A DNA stretch of 64,000 bases from Rhina ancylostomus. Taxonomy: Eukaryota. Under the pieces are notes generated by a model. The model was not told the DNA's origin and did not search any database. It worked only from the letters and a program-made list of their open reading frames with translations. The position numbers and the translations under genes were made by a program. The DNA lies in NCBI GenBank assembly GCA_030265395.1, contig JARFYF010000051.1, positions 13,813,816-13,877,815 of the forward strand, given 5' to 3'. Positions 11,051 through 23,285 of the stretch are shown here, one piece after another. The number at the start of each line of letters is the position of its first letter. The first letter of the stretch is position 1.

Positions 11051-13843
11051 TAGATACATTCATTTCTACTTCTCTCCAATTGCTACATGTGGTCGTAGGG
11101 TCAGACCCTACAGTTAGGACAGCCAGAAGTGTCATGCTCCCTTTTCCCCAGTGTGCAAGTGTCCATTAATGGCCTCTAATTATATAATCCACTTCATTTC
11201 TTTTGAATGCTGTGATTTAGTTGTGTGAGAGTGTGGGGAGGGGAGTGGGGTTGTGGGTAAGAGAGCTTTTTATCTTTTTTATATACTTTGAAAGCTTGTC
11301 AACCCATGTCAGGATGAAGATGTAAAGATTAGCTTCATTAGAGGTTGATTCTAGACATATAGACATAGGTACTGGAAAAAATAATAAAAGCTCCGTCTGT
11401 TTACAAATTAATCATCAATTATATAACCCGTAGGATTAACTCTACTAAATCATTCACATGGCTAAGTCCTCTGAATCTTTCAAAATGAATTAAAAATAAC
11501 TTGGCACAGTCTCAACTGTAGAGGGTCATCTAACCTTATTAAATAGGGAAAGATATTTAAATGCAGGAAATTTTGGCATCCGCAATTTTTTTTAACCAGA
11601 AAAAAGTCACCTGATAGTCCAGCCAAGGTAACCCATACAAAAAAAATAATATTGCAGTTAACATCTATGCTGAACCTTTCACAATCTCCAGACCTGCAAA
11701 AGCACCTTTCAGCCAGTAAAAGTTTTGAGGAACCAAAACATGGATGAGGTTTGCAAACAGGTTCATTATTAGCTCAGTGTGAAAATTGGGTGCTGTCAGA
11801 CAATGAAGCATGAAGGGGCACGCTAATGGAATGTGAGAGCATTGAGGAATGTGCATAAATGTCTAAGATTCCCATACATTGCTTACATCAAGATATTCTA
11901 CTTNNNNNNNNNNNNNNNNNNNNNNNNAAGACACTGCTTTGATGCCATTAATGAATATTCTGATGACATTCACTGTCCAGCAAATAGTGAAGCCATTTGG
12001 TTGAGAAGACTCTTGTCATTTGTTTGTCTGGTGCCAAACATGTATGTTACTCAGTAGTGCAACTCGCACACCTTACTCTTGATGGCTTCAACGGTTTGCT
12101 GGCATTCAGATGATCACCCCTCTGCCCTCATCAGCTGCCTGTTCTTCATGATTGAGCTATCATTGTGGGTAATAAGTGGCTGCCTAACCACTGTTAGCTC
12201 AGCTGAATCCAATACTATCCTTATTCAGGGTTCCAACTGGATTGTGATCAGAGGCGGGTTATTTTTTTTCCCTCCATTCCTGAATCAGAGAACAGAGGCA
12301 CAATTACACTACAACTTTGCTCAGCTTAGAGCTAACCATGCAGTAAATCAAGATCTTTAGAACAAACTCTTCTCAACTATACTATTCTTGTGCTCGGAGA
12401 AGATTTCCTCTGTTCATCATTGGTAGCTAAAGTATGAATAATTACTACAAAAAGGCAACAGATGAAATCCTTTGCATGTTTGAGTGCAGCAAATCCCATC
12501 TGTGTCTGTCAAAAAGTGCATGAGCCATGACCAGATTGAGTGAGAATTTGCTTTAGTTTAATGTTTTTAATATTTAGGTGTTTTAGTTTACTTTTATATT
12601 TAAGATTTTTAAAATAATTTTCTTTAGTTGTTTAGTTCAATATTGATAGTTTTTAAATGTCTGGATGTTAGAAAAGTTTAGAAACTGTTAAAATCCTTGG
12701 CAACCTTTATAGCTGGTAAGGCCCAGTCCCAGCTTACCTGGTTATTGAAGGACAGCAGGGTGTTTTGGTGCAGACCCTCTTCACTGAGCCACTGGTTTGG
12801 GATTTGGAGAATCAGTGAGAGAGGCCCTTTGCATCCAGCCCAATTAAGTGTGAGAATGGGTTACATTGGGTGGCTCATCCAGCCTTGAGGGACAAAAGTT
12901 GCTTGATCTGGTTCAATTACATTCCTTCTACCTGCTGATTGATAATGGGGAGCAGGTTCCCAGAAAACATCATAGAAGATCACTTTCGTTAATTCCATCA
13001 GAAAATAATTGAGCGGTATCTATATAGCACACAAATTAGACATTTTAAAGCGTGCTTCACAGAAGAGAAAAGGGCATTACACAAAATTGGAGTAATTAGA
13101 GATAACTAAAGGCAGAAAGCGGTCTTACAGGATATAAGGTGAATGTTCCAGAATATAGAATCAATTTGGCTGAAGCCTCAGCCACCAATATAGATGAGAG
13201 GATGAACAAGGAACCAGCAGAGGACTAAAGGTTGAAGAAGATTCTACACTGAAGTTGCAGTACGGTCATGTACAAACTATCTGCTTAGGAATGATGATTA
13301 AGGTGCGGATTGTTATATTTGAATATACCACATGATAGTTTCTTGTCTGATGGGGGTTTGAATGCGAGTGTTTGTGAAGTGTATTTTTACACTGGGATAA
13401 GGAACTAATCCAGAATGTTACTCGATTACCTTGGAAATCAGGAATACTCTTATAGAACCTTTTCTCTGACGAAGCCCTTCATTGTGTGGGGTAGCATAAA
13501 ATTGTGTGTGTGTGTGTCTCTTTTCTGTCTGCTTTTCCTTGTATTCCTGTAGCTGAAGAGTAGTACCCTTGACTCTACAGAGTTCCAAACAACATTTCTT
13601 GATCACCATTTCCTAAATGAGAAAGAAGTGGTTTGATTTTCCAAAGAAAAGCAAGGATAAATTGGGAGGAACTATTATTTCTGGTAGCACGCTAATGTCC
13701 TTTTAGACCATAATTAGAGTTGACAGCCTGTTGGAGATACCCACAAATTGGGTTGCTTTATCAGAGGAAAATGCTAGTGATGTTGGGGTAAGGAATCTGT
13801 GTCTGTATTGTTAACTTGCTCTTTTCCTTTCCTTTATTTTCAG

Positions 13844-14016
13844 GCCTGGTGCAAATCCCAGTGAGCATGTACCAGACCGTTGTGACCAGCTTGGCCCAAG
13901 GTAACAGGCCCGTGCAGGTTGCGATGGCCCCTGTCACCACTCGAATGACAGAAATTCAGTCATCTGGAGTAACAGTGGAAGGACAAGCGGTGGAGGTGGT
14001 GACACTGGAACAGTGA
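13844..14016 (+). CDS. NRF1: Nuclear respiratory factor 1, terminal coding exon
   Basis: Translates (G)LVQIPVSMYQTVVTSLAQGNRPVQVAMAPVTTRMTEIQSSGVTVEGQAVEVVTLEQ*, the conserved vertebrate NRF1 C-terminus. Canonical acceptor; TGA at 14014-14016; synteny with the miR-183 cluster. Confidence 0.96.
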
Positions 14017-14449
14017 GAACATCACCAACGAACGAAACAACTTTTCCTGTCTTTCGGAAGTCCGACTTTTGCAGTACTGCAATCAGGTGTCTTGTGCGTT
14101 AACAGGTGGCCATGAAAGTAAAAGTCGGCCATACCCCTTGAGGCTTTAGTGTTTGAGAGAGAAAGATAACGGAAGGACCTCTTGTCTCTTATATTACCTT
14201 CAAAGAGATTTCAAGCTCTTGTATTTACTGTTTTATATTGGGTGGGTGGGTCAGGAGAAGGAAAAAGAAAATCAAACCTATTTGTATACGTTTCTGTGTA
14301 TTTATGCACAAAGTGTTTGTGTCTTTGACGGAAGATGGCGGAGTGGTCTTGTTTATTAGTGATCTCGATTGGGAACTTTCTAATTGTGGTTCCAGAAGTT
14401 TGGATTGACGTGGGTGGGGCTAGGGGCAGATCTCTGCATTTTCCATCTC

Positions 14450-14455
14450 AATAAA
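14450..14455 (+). terminator. Candidate proximal polyadenylation signal of NRF1
   Basis: AATAAA about 430 nt after the stop, with GU/U-rich sequence downstream (tggttggtgtg...ttttt). Confidence 0.4.
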
Positions 14456-17156
14456 AGTTGGCACAAAACCAGAACATCAATCCTTTTAAATGCCAATCTC
14501 TGGTTGGTGTGCAGATTTTTACTTTATTGCTGTTTCACTTGTTTTAAATATTCAAGTTAATGCAGTAAGTTTTATATCCCTGGTCGCCACTGTGTTCAAC
14601 TTTACAGCATAGGAGGAGATTAATCACCTGAGTTCTCTCTTCCAATCACTGCCCAGTAACTCCTGTTTGAATGTTTATGTGTATATACATGTGTGTGTCT
14701 ATTGTGTATATATATACATGTGCTACCACATGCAGATTGATCAGGCTCTGGGGTCCCCCCACTATCACCTTCAGTCTTTGGGCCCAGAATGGCCACTTCT
14801 GTGAGATAGTAGATGGTTGAAAACACCAACCAGAACCTTTGGGAAAAGAGAAGGGTTAAAGGCTGGTTGGAATTTAAGGGGAATGTGAAGATAAGCAGGA
14901 CCCACACAAAGGGACAAAGCAAACTAGATCAGTAAGCTATCCAGTGCACCAGGAATTATTTTTAATAGTTTTAATTTTACGTAAATTTTATTTATTCCCC
15001 GACAATTCCACAGGCAATGGATATAAAACCCAAGTTCCAGCTGGCTCTTTACCGCAAAAGAAAGCTGCTGCAAGTAAATATTGAGCACAAAGGTACCATT
15101 TTGTGGGCTTTGGACATTGCCAAGGACTTGGGCTTCAGGCAGGCTCAGGAGAGAGGGACATATGTGCTGTGTCTGTCTCAAGACTCCAGTCTACTCACTC
15201 CCACTGTTAGACCAAGTCCATGTAATGAACAGTCACAAAATAATTGTTTGAAATTGGATTAAAACCACTAAATGAATAAGAATAGGGATATAACTACAAT
15301 TTGCATTTATATAGTGCCTTTGACATAGTACAATATCCCAAGGAAGGGAAAGTAGGCAGTTTATCTATAATGAAGATTTGTGGACCTGTCTGAGCAGAAT
15401 GCTTGCTCCTTGTATNNNNNNNNNNNNNNNNNNNNNNNNNNNNNNNNNNNNNNNNNNNNNNNNNNNNNNNNNNNNNNNNNNNNNNNNNNNNNNNNNNNNN
15501 NNNNNNNNNNNNNNNCTGTTTTGGAAAATGGGGCTGGTTTCCATATGATTCCATATGATATGCAGGACAAAATTGTTCTATCCTGTAGTTAGCCCACAAA
15601 TCCATGTGAATTAATATAAAACATATTTTAGATTTCCATTGATGCACATTAGTCGAACTACGTGAATGGTAAGCTATTCAAGGTCCCAGTATTGTGGTCT
15701 GCACCTTGTTCCTGGTGTTTTTCAGAAATACTTTTAGTTATGGAATTTATTTTCTTAGTGAGTAGGCAGACTCAAAGAAACAAAATTAGAAGTGGAGCTA
15801 AGAGTAAAATACAGGCTTCGTTTGGCATTGTTCACGAGACCTTGTCAAGTGAGGGGCAATGGATTATATGAGTAATTGGGGCAAGTGAAAACAAAGATAT
15901 GATGATCTTGTTGCACGATGTAGATGCTATCGTCCAAACCTGGTGATGCATGAGAGGTATTGCAGCACAGTGATTAATTCTCCTTGGTAGTTATGGGAAA
16001 GTGAAGAGAGCTTAATAAAGTCAAACTATTGTGGGGCTGGATGTTATTTAAGCTGCTTTGGTATTTCTTGTCATTGACCTTTCTCGATCTTGGAATCGGA
16101 CCGGGAAACTGCACTGCAATGTTATCACTGGTGTTACTTAATGCTTGTCCCTGTGTTCTATCAGGAAAAATGATTGCACTTAAGCTGAAGTGCCAATTTG
16201 CTTTATGTGCACTACTTTATTTCATCAGTCCTTGTAGCAATGATGGAAGTGTGCCACATAGTGCTTCACCTTAGTGTTAAGAACTCCTCTGCAGTCCTAA
16301 ATTTGGGCATATAGATAATCTGCAGTGAAATAGCTAGATTTGGGTGTGGAGGTTTCCCACAATCATCATCACACTTTATTAAAATTGTACTTGATTTCCC
16401 ACCTCCTTCATGGCGATACTGTTCAAATCCTTGTAACTTGTACACACAACTGAGGCATGGGTCAGAAAGAAATTCCAATTTGTCCAACTTGAAAAAAATC
16501 AGTGATAATATGTGATGAAGCACCAATGATGCATGCTGCCACTGGTTGAATCATTATGGCACAAAACTATACCATTGGGCATATTGATGCCATATCAAGA
16601 TGAGTTAAATTCCACATAGAAGCTTGTTGACTTTGCGTTGTTGATAGTAGGTGGGACGATTAGGAGAAAGAGCTTTGGGAGTAAGTTGGTCTCCACACAA
16701 AATGTATTCCAGTAACGGTGAAAATTAATCCCATCCAGCAAGCTGGAATGGACTGAAAATTACTCCTATAGATTTTTGGAAATGGAAGAAATGTTACTTT
16801 CTACTTGTTCCTTCATATCTTGCCCAATTAGTAAAGTGGACCAATGGATACTGTAGAAGGTGGCCACAATGGTCAGGTGACACATTGCAAAGATTGAATC
16901 TTCATATAGATACAAATACTGTATATATAATAAAGAAAAATTCTTTTAATTGCTGAAAGTGGCTGCAGGTCGTAGAAGTACTGTGGTTTGTTCGCTACCA
17001 TATTTATTCCCCTTGGATACTCTGAAAATGTATTTGAATGAAGTAATTTGCATTTGATTTTGTTTACTATGTTGCTTTCTTTTTTGTTTGGGAAATGTGA
17101 TTTGCCAACTAAACACCGCCAGCTTTTTTTTTGAGCTTGGCAAGCTCATGGTGTGT

Positions 17157-17162
17157 AATAAA
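17157..17162 (+). terminator. Candidate distal polyadenylation signal of NRF1
   Basis: AATAAA preceded by a U-rich region and TGTA (gtgtgtAATAAA); repeat-rich DNA starts shortly after. Confidence 0.55.
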
Positions 17163-18604
17163 GATGTGAATAATCCTGGTAAGATGGAGGCTGCTGGCCT
17201 TTGCCTCTTTTATTTGCAGTCACACAATGTTCTTTGCAGTAGTGGTATTGGGTAAGAAACATACAGCAAAATAGACACCCAGTCCTTGTTGAGAACTGGC
17301 TGATCTATTAAGCCCAGGGCAAGCAACTTCATTGGGGATCAGACAACATGGCCAATGTTCAGCAATTAACTCAAACCCTGAAAGTGCTGTAATTGTGCTC
17401 TCCTCAAGCTGACTGTCTCTCTTCTCTGTTTCCTGTATCATCTATACTTCCCTTCTGCATGTTACCCCCTCCTTCCCATTCCATTTGTAAATCTCCATTT
17501 CCATTTTCTCCTTTATCCCCCTCCAAGTGGTCTCATCTCCATTTCATCATCTTTCTTCTTACAACTGAACCTTATCCAATGCTGCTCTCCTCTTCATCTT
17601 TTTCTCCCATCATTGTTTAAACTCAATTTATCTGAGTAGGAGGTGTGTAGATTTTAGACTTTGCTCAGCTTGCACTGAATTATTTAATGGGACTTGGCAT
17701 TGCTATGTGCCCTCATTTATTTGGTCAATGCACCGACCAGGATAAAACCACGTTATATTTTCTCATCAGTGTGAATTTTGGCATCATTGTTCTTATATAT
17801 TGCTCTGCCTGGAATTGTCTCCCCATTCTCCCTATATTAAACAGTCTTTAAAGAGTGGTCTTTCATGAGTTAATATTGGTCAGACTCAACACCATTGTCT
17901 GTGGACTTTGCCCCATGGTTTATAACTTTCTGAATTTGGCAGCTCAGTGTTTGTGTGAAGCATCACCAGTGCAAGAATTGAAATGTAATTCAGGTGTTCT
18001 TTTTCAATCTGGACTAGAAAAAGAAAGACTTTTATTTCTATAGCACTTCAATAGTCCAATGAAATTCTGCCTTCCCAGCAGGCAATGGCTTTGCTCTGTA
18101 CCTCATCCATGATGCATCTTAAAATGAGGGTGGTCAAATGTAAATGTTGCATTACAAACAGTACTGCCGTGCCTTCTGCAGTGCTGTCATCCTCACTTCT
18201 GCTCAGAAGTACCTCTAAGATAAAATAGACTACTGAAGTTTGAACTCTGGGTGGTTTTTATAACAAATTCACCCAACAAGAAGTGGAAAGAATTTATTCA
18301 CTATCAAAACTGAAGTATTCTCTATCGACCAAAGTGGCATGGAATTAATAAAGGATAGCTCTGTTGTGTGATGGTTGGAGTCCCTCTCGCGTCCAGACTA
18401 ATACAAGACTAGAGCCAGAAACACTTGGAGTCAATCTTCAGGATTTCAATCAAGAACAAAAGGTTTTCATTGGAATAATTAGAGAAAATGATTCCCATTC
18501 TAATCTCCTGGACTGTCTGGACTGTTTCATTCACCTGAGAAAATTCCAAGACCTTTTTTTCCCCCATATTGGCGTTGAGGTCTTCATTCTTTTTGAGGTT
18601 CCTA

Positions 18605-19290
18605 AGAAAATATATAACAGTACAGCACAGGAACAGGCCCTTTGGCCCACAATGTTGTGCCAAACCATTTACATTAGTAGTAAGATGCCTAACTAAACTA
18701 ATCCCTTCTGCCTACACAATGTCCATATCCTACCATTTCCCTCACATTCATGTGCCCATCTAAGAGCCTCTTGAATGCCCCGATCATATTTGCCTCCACC
18801 ACCACCCCAGGCAGCATATTCCAGGTACTCACCACTATCTGTGTATAAAAACTTGCCCCGCATATCTCCTTTGAACTTAACCCCTATCACCTTAAATGCA
18901 TGCCCTCTGGTATTAGACATTTCAACCCAGGGGGAAAGATACTGGCTGACTATCTGTGCCTCTCATAATCTTATAAACCTCTATCAGATCTCCCCTCAGC
19001 CTCTGCCGCTCCAGAGAGAGCAACCCAAGTTTGTCCAACCTATCGTCATAGCACATGCCTTCTAACCCAGGCAGCATCTTGGTAAACCTCTTCTGCACCC
19101 TATCCAAAGCCTAGACGTCCTTCCTATAATGGGGCGGCCAGAACTGAATGCAATAGTCCAGATGCGGCCTAACTAAAGTTTTATAAAGCTGCATCATAAC
19201 TTCCTGACTCTTGAACTCAATGCCTCGTCTAATGAAGGAAAGCATGCCATATGCCTTCTTTACCACCATATCAATCTGTAGCCACTTTCA
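18605..19290 (-). mobile_element. Relatively young, 5'-truncated CR1/HER1 LINE 3' end
   Basis: Minus ORFs DRVQKRFTKMLPGLEGMCYDDRLDKLGLLSLERQRLRGDLIEVYKIM and SNTRGHAFKVIGVKFKGDMRGKF. Confidence 0.92.
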
Positions 19291-19319
19291 GAGATTGCAG
19301 GATTGCCCAGCACAGAAGA

Positions 19320-20190
19320 AGGTGGGTGGTGAATGATTGATAGTGAGTATGCAATGTGCAGGTGAATAATAAATATTCTGTCAGTGGTCCCCAGAAAAGG
19401 CTTGAGCCTTTGAGTAAGGCAGCTGAAGTCAAGGATGCCAATCCTTGGGTGATTAATATTAAGGATGAGTAAGGAGCCAACACGGAATGAGCACAGAAAA
19501 TGAATAGGTTCATATGAGGTCACACAGATAGGAAGAGTGAGGTCAGGGATTTGAAAACAATGTAAAAGTTTTTGAAGCTTCTGTTGCTTTATCAGGNNNN
19601 NNNNNNNNNNNNNNNNNNNNNNNNNNNNNNNNNNNNNNNNNNNNNNNNNNNNNNNNNNNNNNNNNNNNNNNNNNNNNNNNNNNNNNNNNNNNNNNNATGA
19701 TACTGGAATGGATATAGGCAGCAATGTCTTTGGTGAGTTCAGCTTTGTGGAAGTTGGGGATCTGGCCAGGAGAGCATTAATATAGTCGTGTCTAGTCAGA
19801 CAAAAAGGCACAGAAGTAGGTTCTAGGTGCAGATTAGCTGAGACCAGGGTGAAGAGGGTGAATGTTATAGAAGTAAAAGCAGATAGTGTAGATAAGTGAT
19901 GGAAAGCTCATTTGGATCAAATTTAGAATGATCTGGTTCAGCCTTGGCCTTGCTGATCAAAGGGAGACATTGAGCCAGTGGAAAGAAATTGGCAGAAAAA
20001 AACTACAGTGATGATGAGAAGCAAAATGGATCCCAGTATCATTGGTGCCATTTGAGCTTCATGCATCACCCATGCAGGGTTTTACCTGGCAGAAGTGTTT
20101 TTGGTTTTCAGTGTACTTACCAAAATGATGATGTTAGCGTGACAAATTTGAAAAATTTGTCATATTTCAAAGAATCAGCGAATTCAATGT
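19320..20190 (-). mobile_element. Old LINE (L2/CR1 group) fragment spanning a gap
   Basis: Purine-biased sequence ...tggggatctggccaggagagcattaatatagtcg, whose reverse reads DYINALLA, like the L2 DYCNSLL motif. Confidence 0.45.
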
Positions 20191-20829
20191 TCAGTGTGGG
20201 ACTTTAACTTGTACATTTTGAATTAGTGCCACATATATAAATTTTATCATCATCATGGCTTTTGTGAAATAAAGTACTCAGATGTCTTCAGACTTATTTT
20301 TCTTTCATTTGCATTTCTTTGTTCACGTCCTATTTACTTGATTTCTATGTACAACACATTTAAACTTTGCTGAATGATGAAATTTAAGAATCTTGAATCA
20401 TTCCTCAGTTCTTGTACATTTTACATAAAATCAGTCTTCTATCCTGTAATGGTACTGTCTGCTCAATCCATTTCTGACTATATGATGCATTTAAGTTCCT
20501 ATGAGAGAGTTGAAAATTTGGAATTTTATTTTTAATAATTTAAATTGCCAGGAACAATCAGTTTATTAAAAGCTTCTAATCTATAAATAGATCTTTCCAT
20601 GGCTTATGTTGACTGTTCAAGATTTATTTTGAGTTGTATTTGCCTTTCCAAAGCTTTCAAGCTGACCACAATTTGTATTGAAATATTTAGAAAGCTATTT
20701 CATACCATGTAACATTTAAAACTCAATTATCTGCACACCTATCTGCAAAAATAGATCCTTTTCTGGAGTCAGACTTCCTTTGCCCAAGGGGCCATCCTTT
20801 AAACTATACCTTTGAAATGAGAAAATATA

Positions 20830-21075
20830 AAAATACTTGCATTTATCTGGTTCTTCATTACCTCAGGTTTCCCAAAGTGCTTTACACCCAACAAAATAGC
20901 TTTTGAACTTCAGTCACTTGTAATGCAGACTTAGTGGCCTATTTAGGGATAGCAAGCTCCCTAAGCAACAAAATGATGACAGGGTTGATTGTTTTGAGTG
21001 AAGTTACGTTGGTTGATTAATAAACATTGGCCTTGACTCTGTGGGTCAACTCACTTGCACTTTAACTTAGTGCCA
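20830..21075 (-). mobile_element. Deu-domain SINE (SacSINE/AmnSINE-like) 3' part
   Basis: acttgcattta...cccaaagtgctttacacccaac...cttttgaacttcagtcacttgtaatgcag...agcaagctccc is the reverse complement of the Deu-SINE tail. Confidence 0.6.
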
Positions 21076-21311
21076 ATTTAAGGGCAGATTTGTTCCTTGG
21101 GTCGGTTAGCTTTGCAGGTCTGAAAAGTGGTTCTGCTGCCATTAATGATGCATATGAAAGGAAGCCACTTGACCAATCAAGTCTGTACCGGCCCTCAGAG
21201 GAAACCCATTCCCCCACTTACTTCCCTGTAACTTGCTCTCTGTCATGTGCTCATCAACTCGACCCTGGCTATTGAAGTCATTTAAAGAAAAATCTTGTAA
21301 CTTTTTTTAGT

Positions 21312-21504
21312 TGGTGTCCTCAGCCCTCTACTCCCTATACATTCACGACTCTGTAGCCAGATTCTGCTCTAACTCCATCTACAAGTTTGCAAATGATACC
21401 ACAGTTGTAGGCTGTATCTCCAACAGTGATGAGTTGGAGTACAGGAAAGAGATAGAGAGCTTAGTGGAATGGTGTCATGACAACAACCTTTCCCTCAATG
21501 TCAA
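21312..21504 (+). mobile_element. Rex1/Babar-type LINE RT fragment, running into a gap
   Basis: LYSLYIHDSVARFCSNSIYKFANDTTVVGCISNSDELEYRKEIESLVEWCHDNNLSLNV (KFADDTT motif decayed). Confidence 0.88.
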
Positions 21505-22169
21505 NNNNNNNNNNNNNNNNNNNNNNNNNNNNNNNNNNNNNNNNNNNNNNNNNNNNNNNNNNNNNNNNNNNNNNNNNNNNNNNNNNNNNNNNNNNNNNNN
21601 NNNNAGTGAGAGGAAATATTTATCCTCTTGATCCAAAGCTGAAACATCAGTTTCTGACCCACACCCTTCAGTCCCACTGATAAGAGTCACACTTTAAGCT
21701 CAGGTCTGCAGTTTCAGATGAAAGGTGAAGCTGTGTGTGCCTCTGGTGCATCTGTGTATGAGTCAGGCAGTTGGCCTGTTTTGTGTAAACAGCCCCACCA
21801 TTTAAACAGCTGTCTCAACTTTTGTTACTTGTTTATATAAAACAACCAACGTCTAATTCGGCCTTTCATCCATGGATTTGAGCTTCCTACACTTTTAAAT
21901 GGGTGTTGTCCTCTCCTGCACTGTGAGCCCCACCCTCCTTTGGGCTTTCTGGCTGAAAGTAGTTGTATGAACTGAATGGGCCCATGGTGTCTAATACTTG
22001 GTCAATGGAGAGAGATTAGGTGAGATGGTATATTGAACTACCACTGTTGCTGTCTTTTGTAATTCTTCAAAAACCCCACCTCTTCATGGAATATGTGGGA
22101 TAGTCTTTATTTCAGTCCTACTTAGGTTGCTTCTCTCATCTTTCTCCAGTGTATTGGTGAATGCTTTGG

Positions 22170-22600
22170 TGTTCTGTCCTGCTCTTGTACCAAACTCGAA
22201 AGTTTCATCACCAAACTGCCAACTTCCATGTTGCTCTCACTTTCCTGTGTGCCATCTCTGACTCCTCCCTCCTCTTTCTCAACTTCTTTATCTCCATCTC
22301 GGGGTATAGTGACCAATATCCACTCCAAGCCCACAGACTCCCATGTTTCCATAAGGGCTCTATTCCACCCCCCATTTCTCCAGCTGTACCACAGCTGTTC
22401 TGACAATAATACCTCCCAGTACAGTGCTCCTGAGATGCCAATGTTTTCTTAAACTATGATTCCACTTCACTGTAATTAGGAGGGCTCTCAACCACATCTG
22501 TTCCATTTTCCACACTTCTGCTGTCACCCATCCTTTTCCCACCCACAGCAAAGACAGAGTTCCCCTTAGCCCCCTCGTCCACCCCACTAGCCTCCACATT
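22170..22600 (+). mobile_element. Penelope-like element RT fragment
   Basis: Frameshifted peptides ANFHVALTFLCAISDSSLLFLNFFISISG and TNIHSKPTDSH match the Penelope RT C-terminus (LPFLD...YKPTDSH). Confidence 0.8.
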
Positions 22601-23034
22601 GATGTGACGTTACCCCCAGGTAGAAAATGTCCTGCTTTGAGCAGACCTGATTGATAGCACATGCATTTCTTGGAGATTGGGACAATGACTGGAGTGTGGT
22701 GTTGAGGGGAAAGGGTGGGCGGACATTCGATGAGATCTCCGGGAATACCTCCCATCCAGTCATGACAACTTTAGGAAGAGGTTGTCAGCAGCTCAGGTCT
22801 TACTCTGCTTGGATACATGCAGTCCCAGCAGGAAACTGACATGTGCTCAGGTTAGCAAAGCAAGTACAAAGGCCAAACTGTTCCATTCTCCCCACCTGCA
22901 GACAAAGTTCAGTAGCTGGAAATGCAAGTCCCTCCATAATTAACTGGAAATAAACAAAGTCTCAGCATTCAAGAAGGTGTAGGGTTCATGCAATCTTTCC
23001 TGTTTTCTTCACTCAATAATAACTGCTGATGTTT

Positions 23035-23285
23035 AACATTTTTTTCCACAGCAAGTGGTTAGAGTCTGGAATGCAGTGCCATTGGCATGGTTAGTGGAGG
23101 CAGATTCAATCATAGCATTTGAAGAACTGGGTAAGTATTTGAAAGCCAAAATTTTGTTGGTCTCTGGGGAAGAGAGCAGATGAGTGGGTCTGGCGGGATT
23201 GCTCCTACATACAGATGACGTGGACATGATGGGTTGAATGTCTTCCATCTCTGCTGTAACCTCTCTGTGAGTTTGTGAATCTTTG
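23035..23285 (+). mobile_element. CR1/HER1 3' terminal fragment
   Basis: tttttccacagcaagtggttagagtctggaatgca...gtggaggcagattcaatcatagcattt. Confidence 0.75.

Larger units (their letters stand above)
1..13843 (+). other. NRF1: Distal part of the last intron of NRF1 (phase 1)
   Basis: Ends in a TTAAC branch-like motif (13811-13815), the polypyrimidine tract cttgctcttttcctttcctttatttt and CAG (AG at 13842-13843) before the NRF1 terminal exon. No upstream NRF1 coding exon was recognised in the window. Confidence 0.7.
14017..17185 (+). other. NRF1: NRF1 3'UTR (long form, end inferred)
   Basis: Repeat-poor, U-rich sequence after the stop codon. AATAAA at 14450, 16929 and 17157; TGTATATA (PUM-type) motifs near 14680-14712 and 16920. 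Confidence 0.6.

Noticed and set aside
1-13843. Orthologue of the short mammalian NRF1 alternative exon (recalled as LFMADRAGRKWILTDKAT) and the penultimate NRF1 exon
   Set aside because: Not found by eye in this window; they may lie upstream. A tBLASTn would settle it.
14240-14430. G-rich runs (gggtgggtggg; gggtggggctagggg) as 3'UTR G-quadruplexes
   Set aside because: Each has only three GGG tracts; insufficient support.
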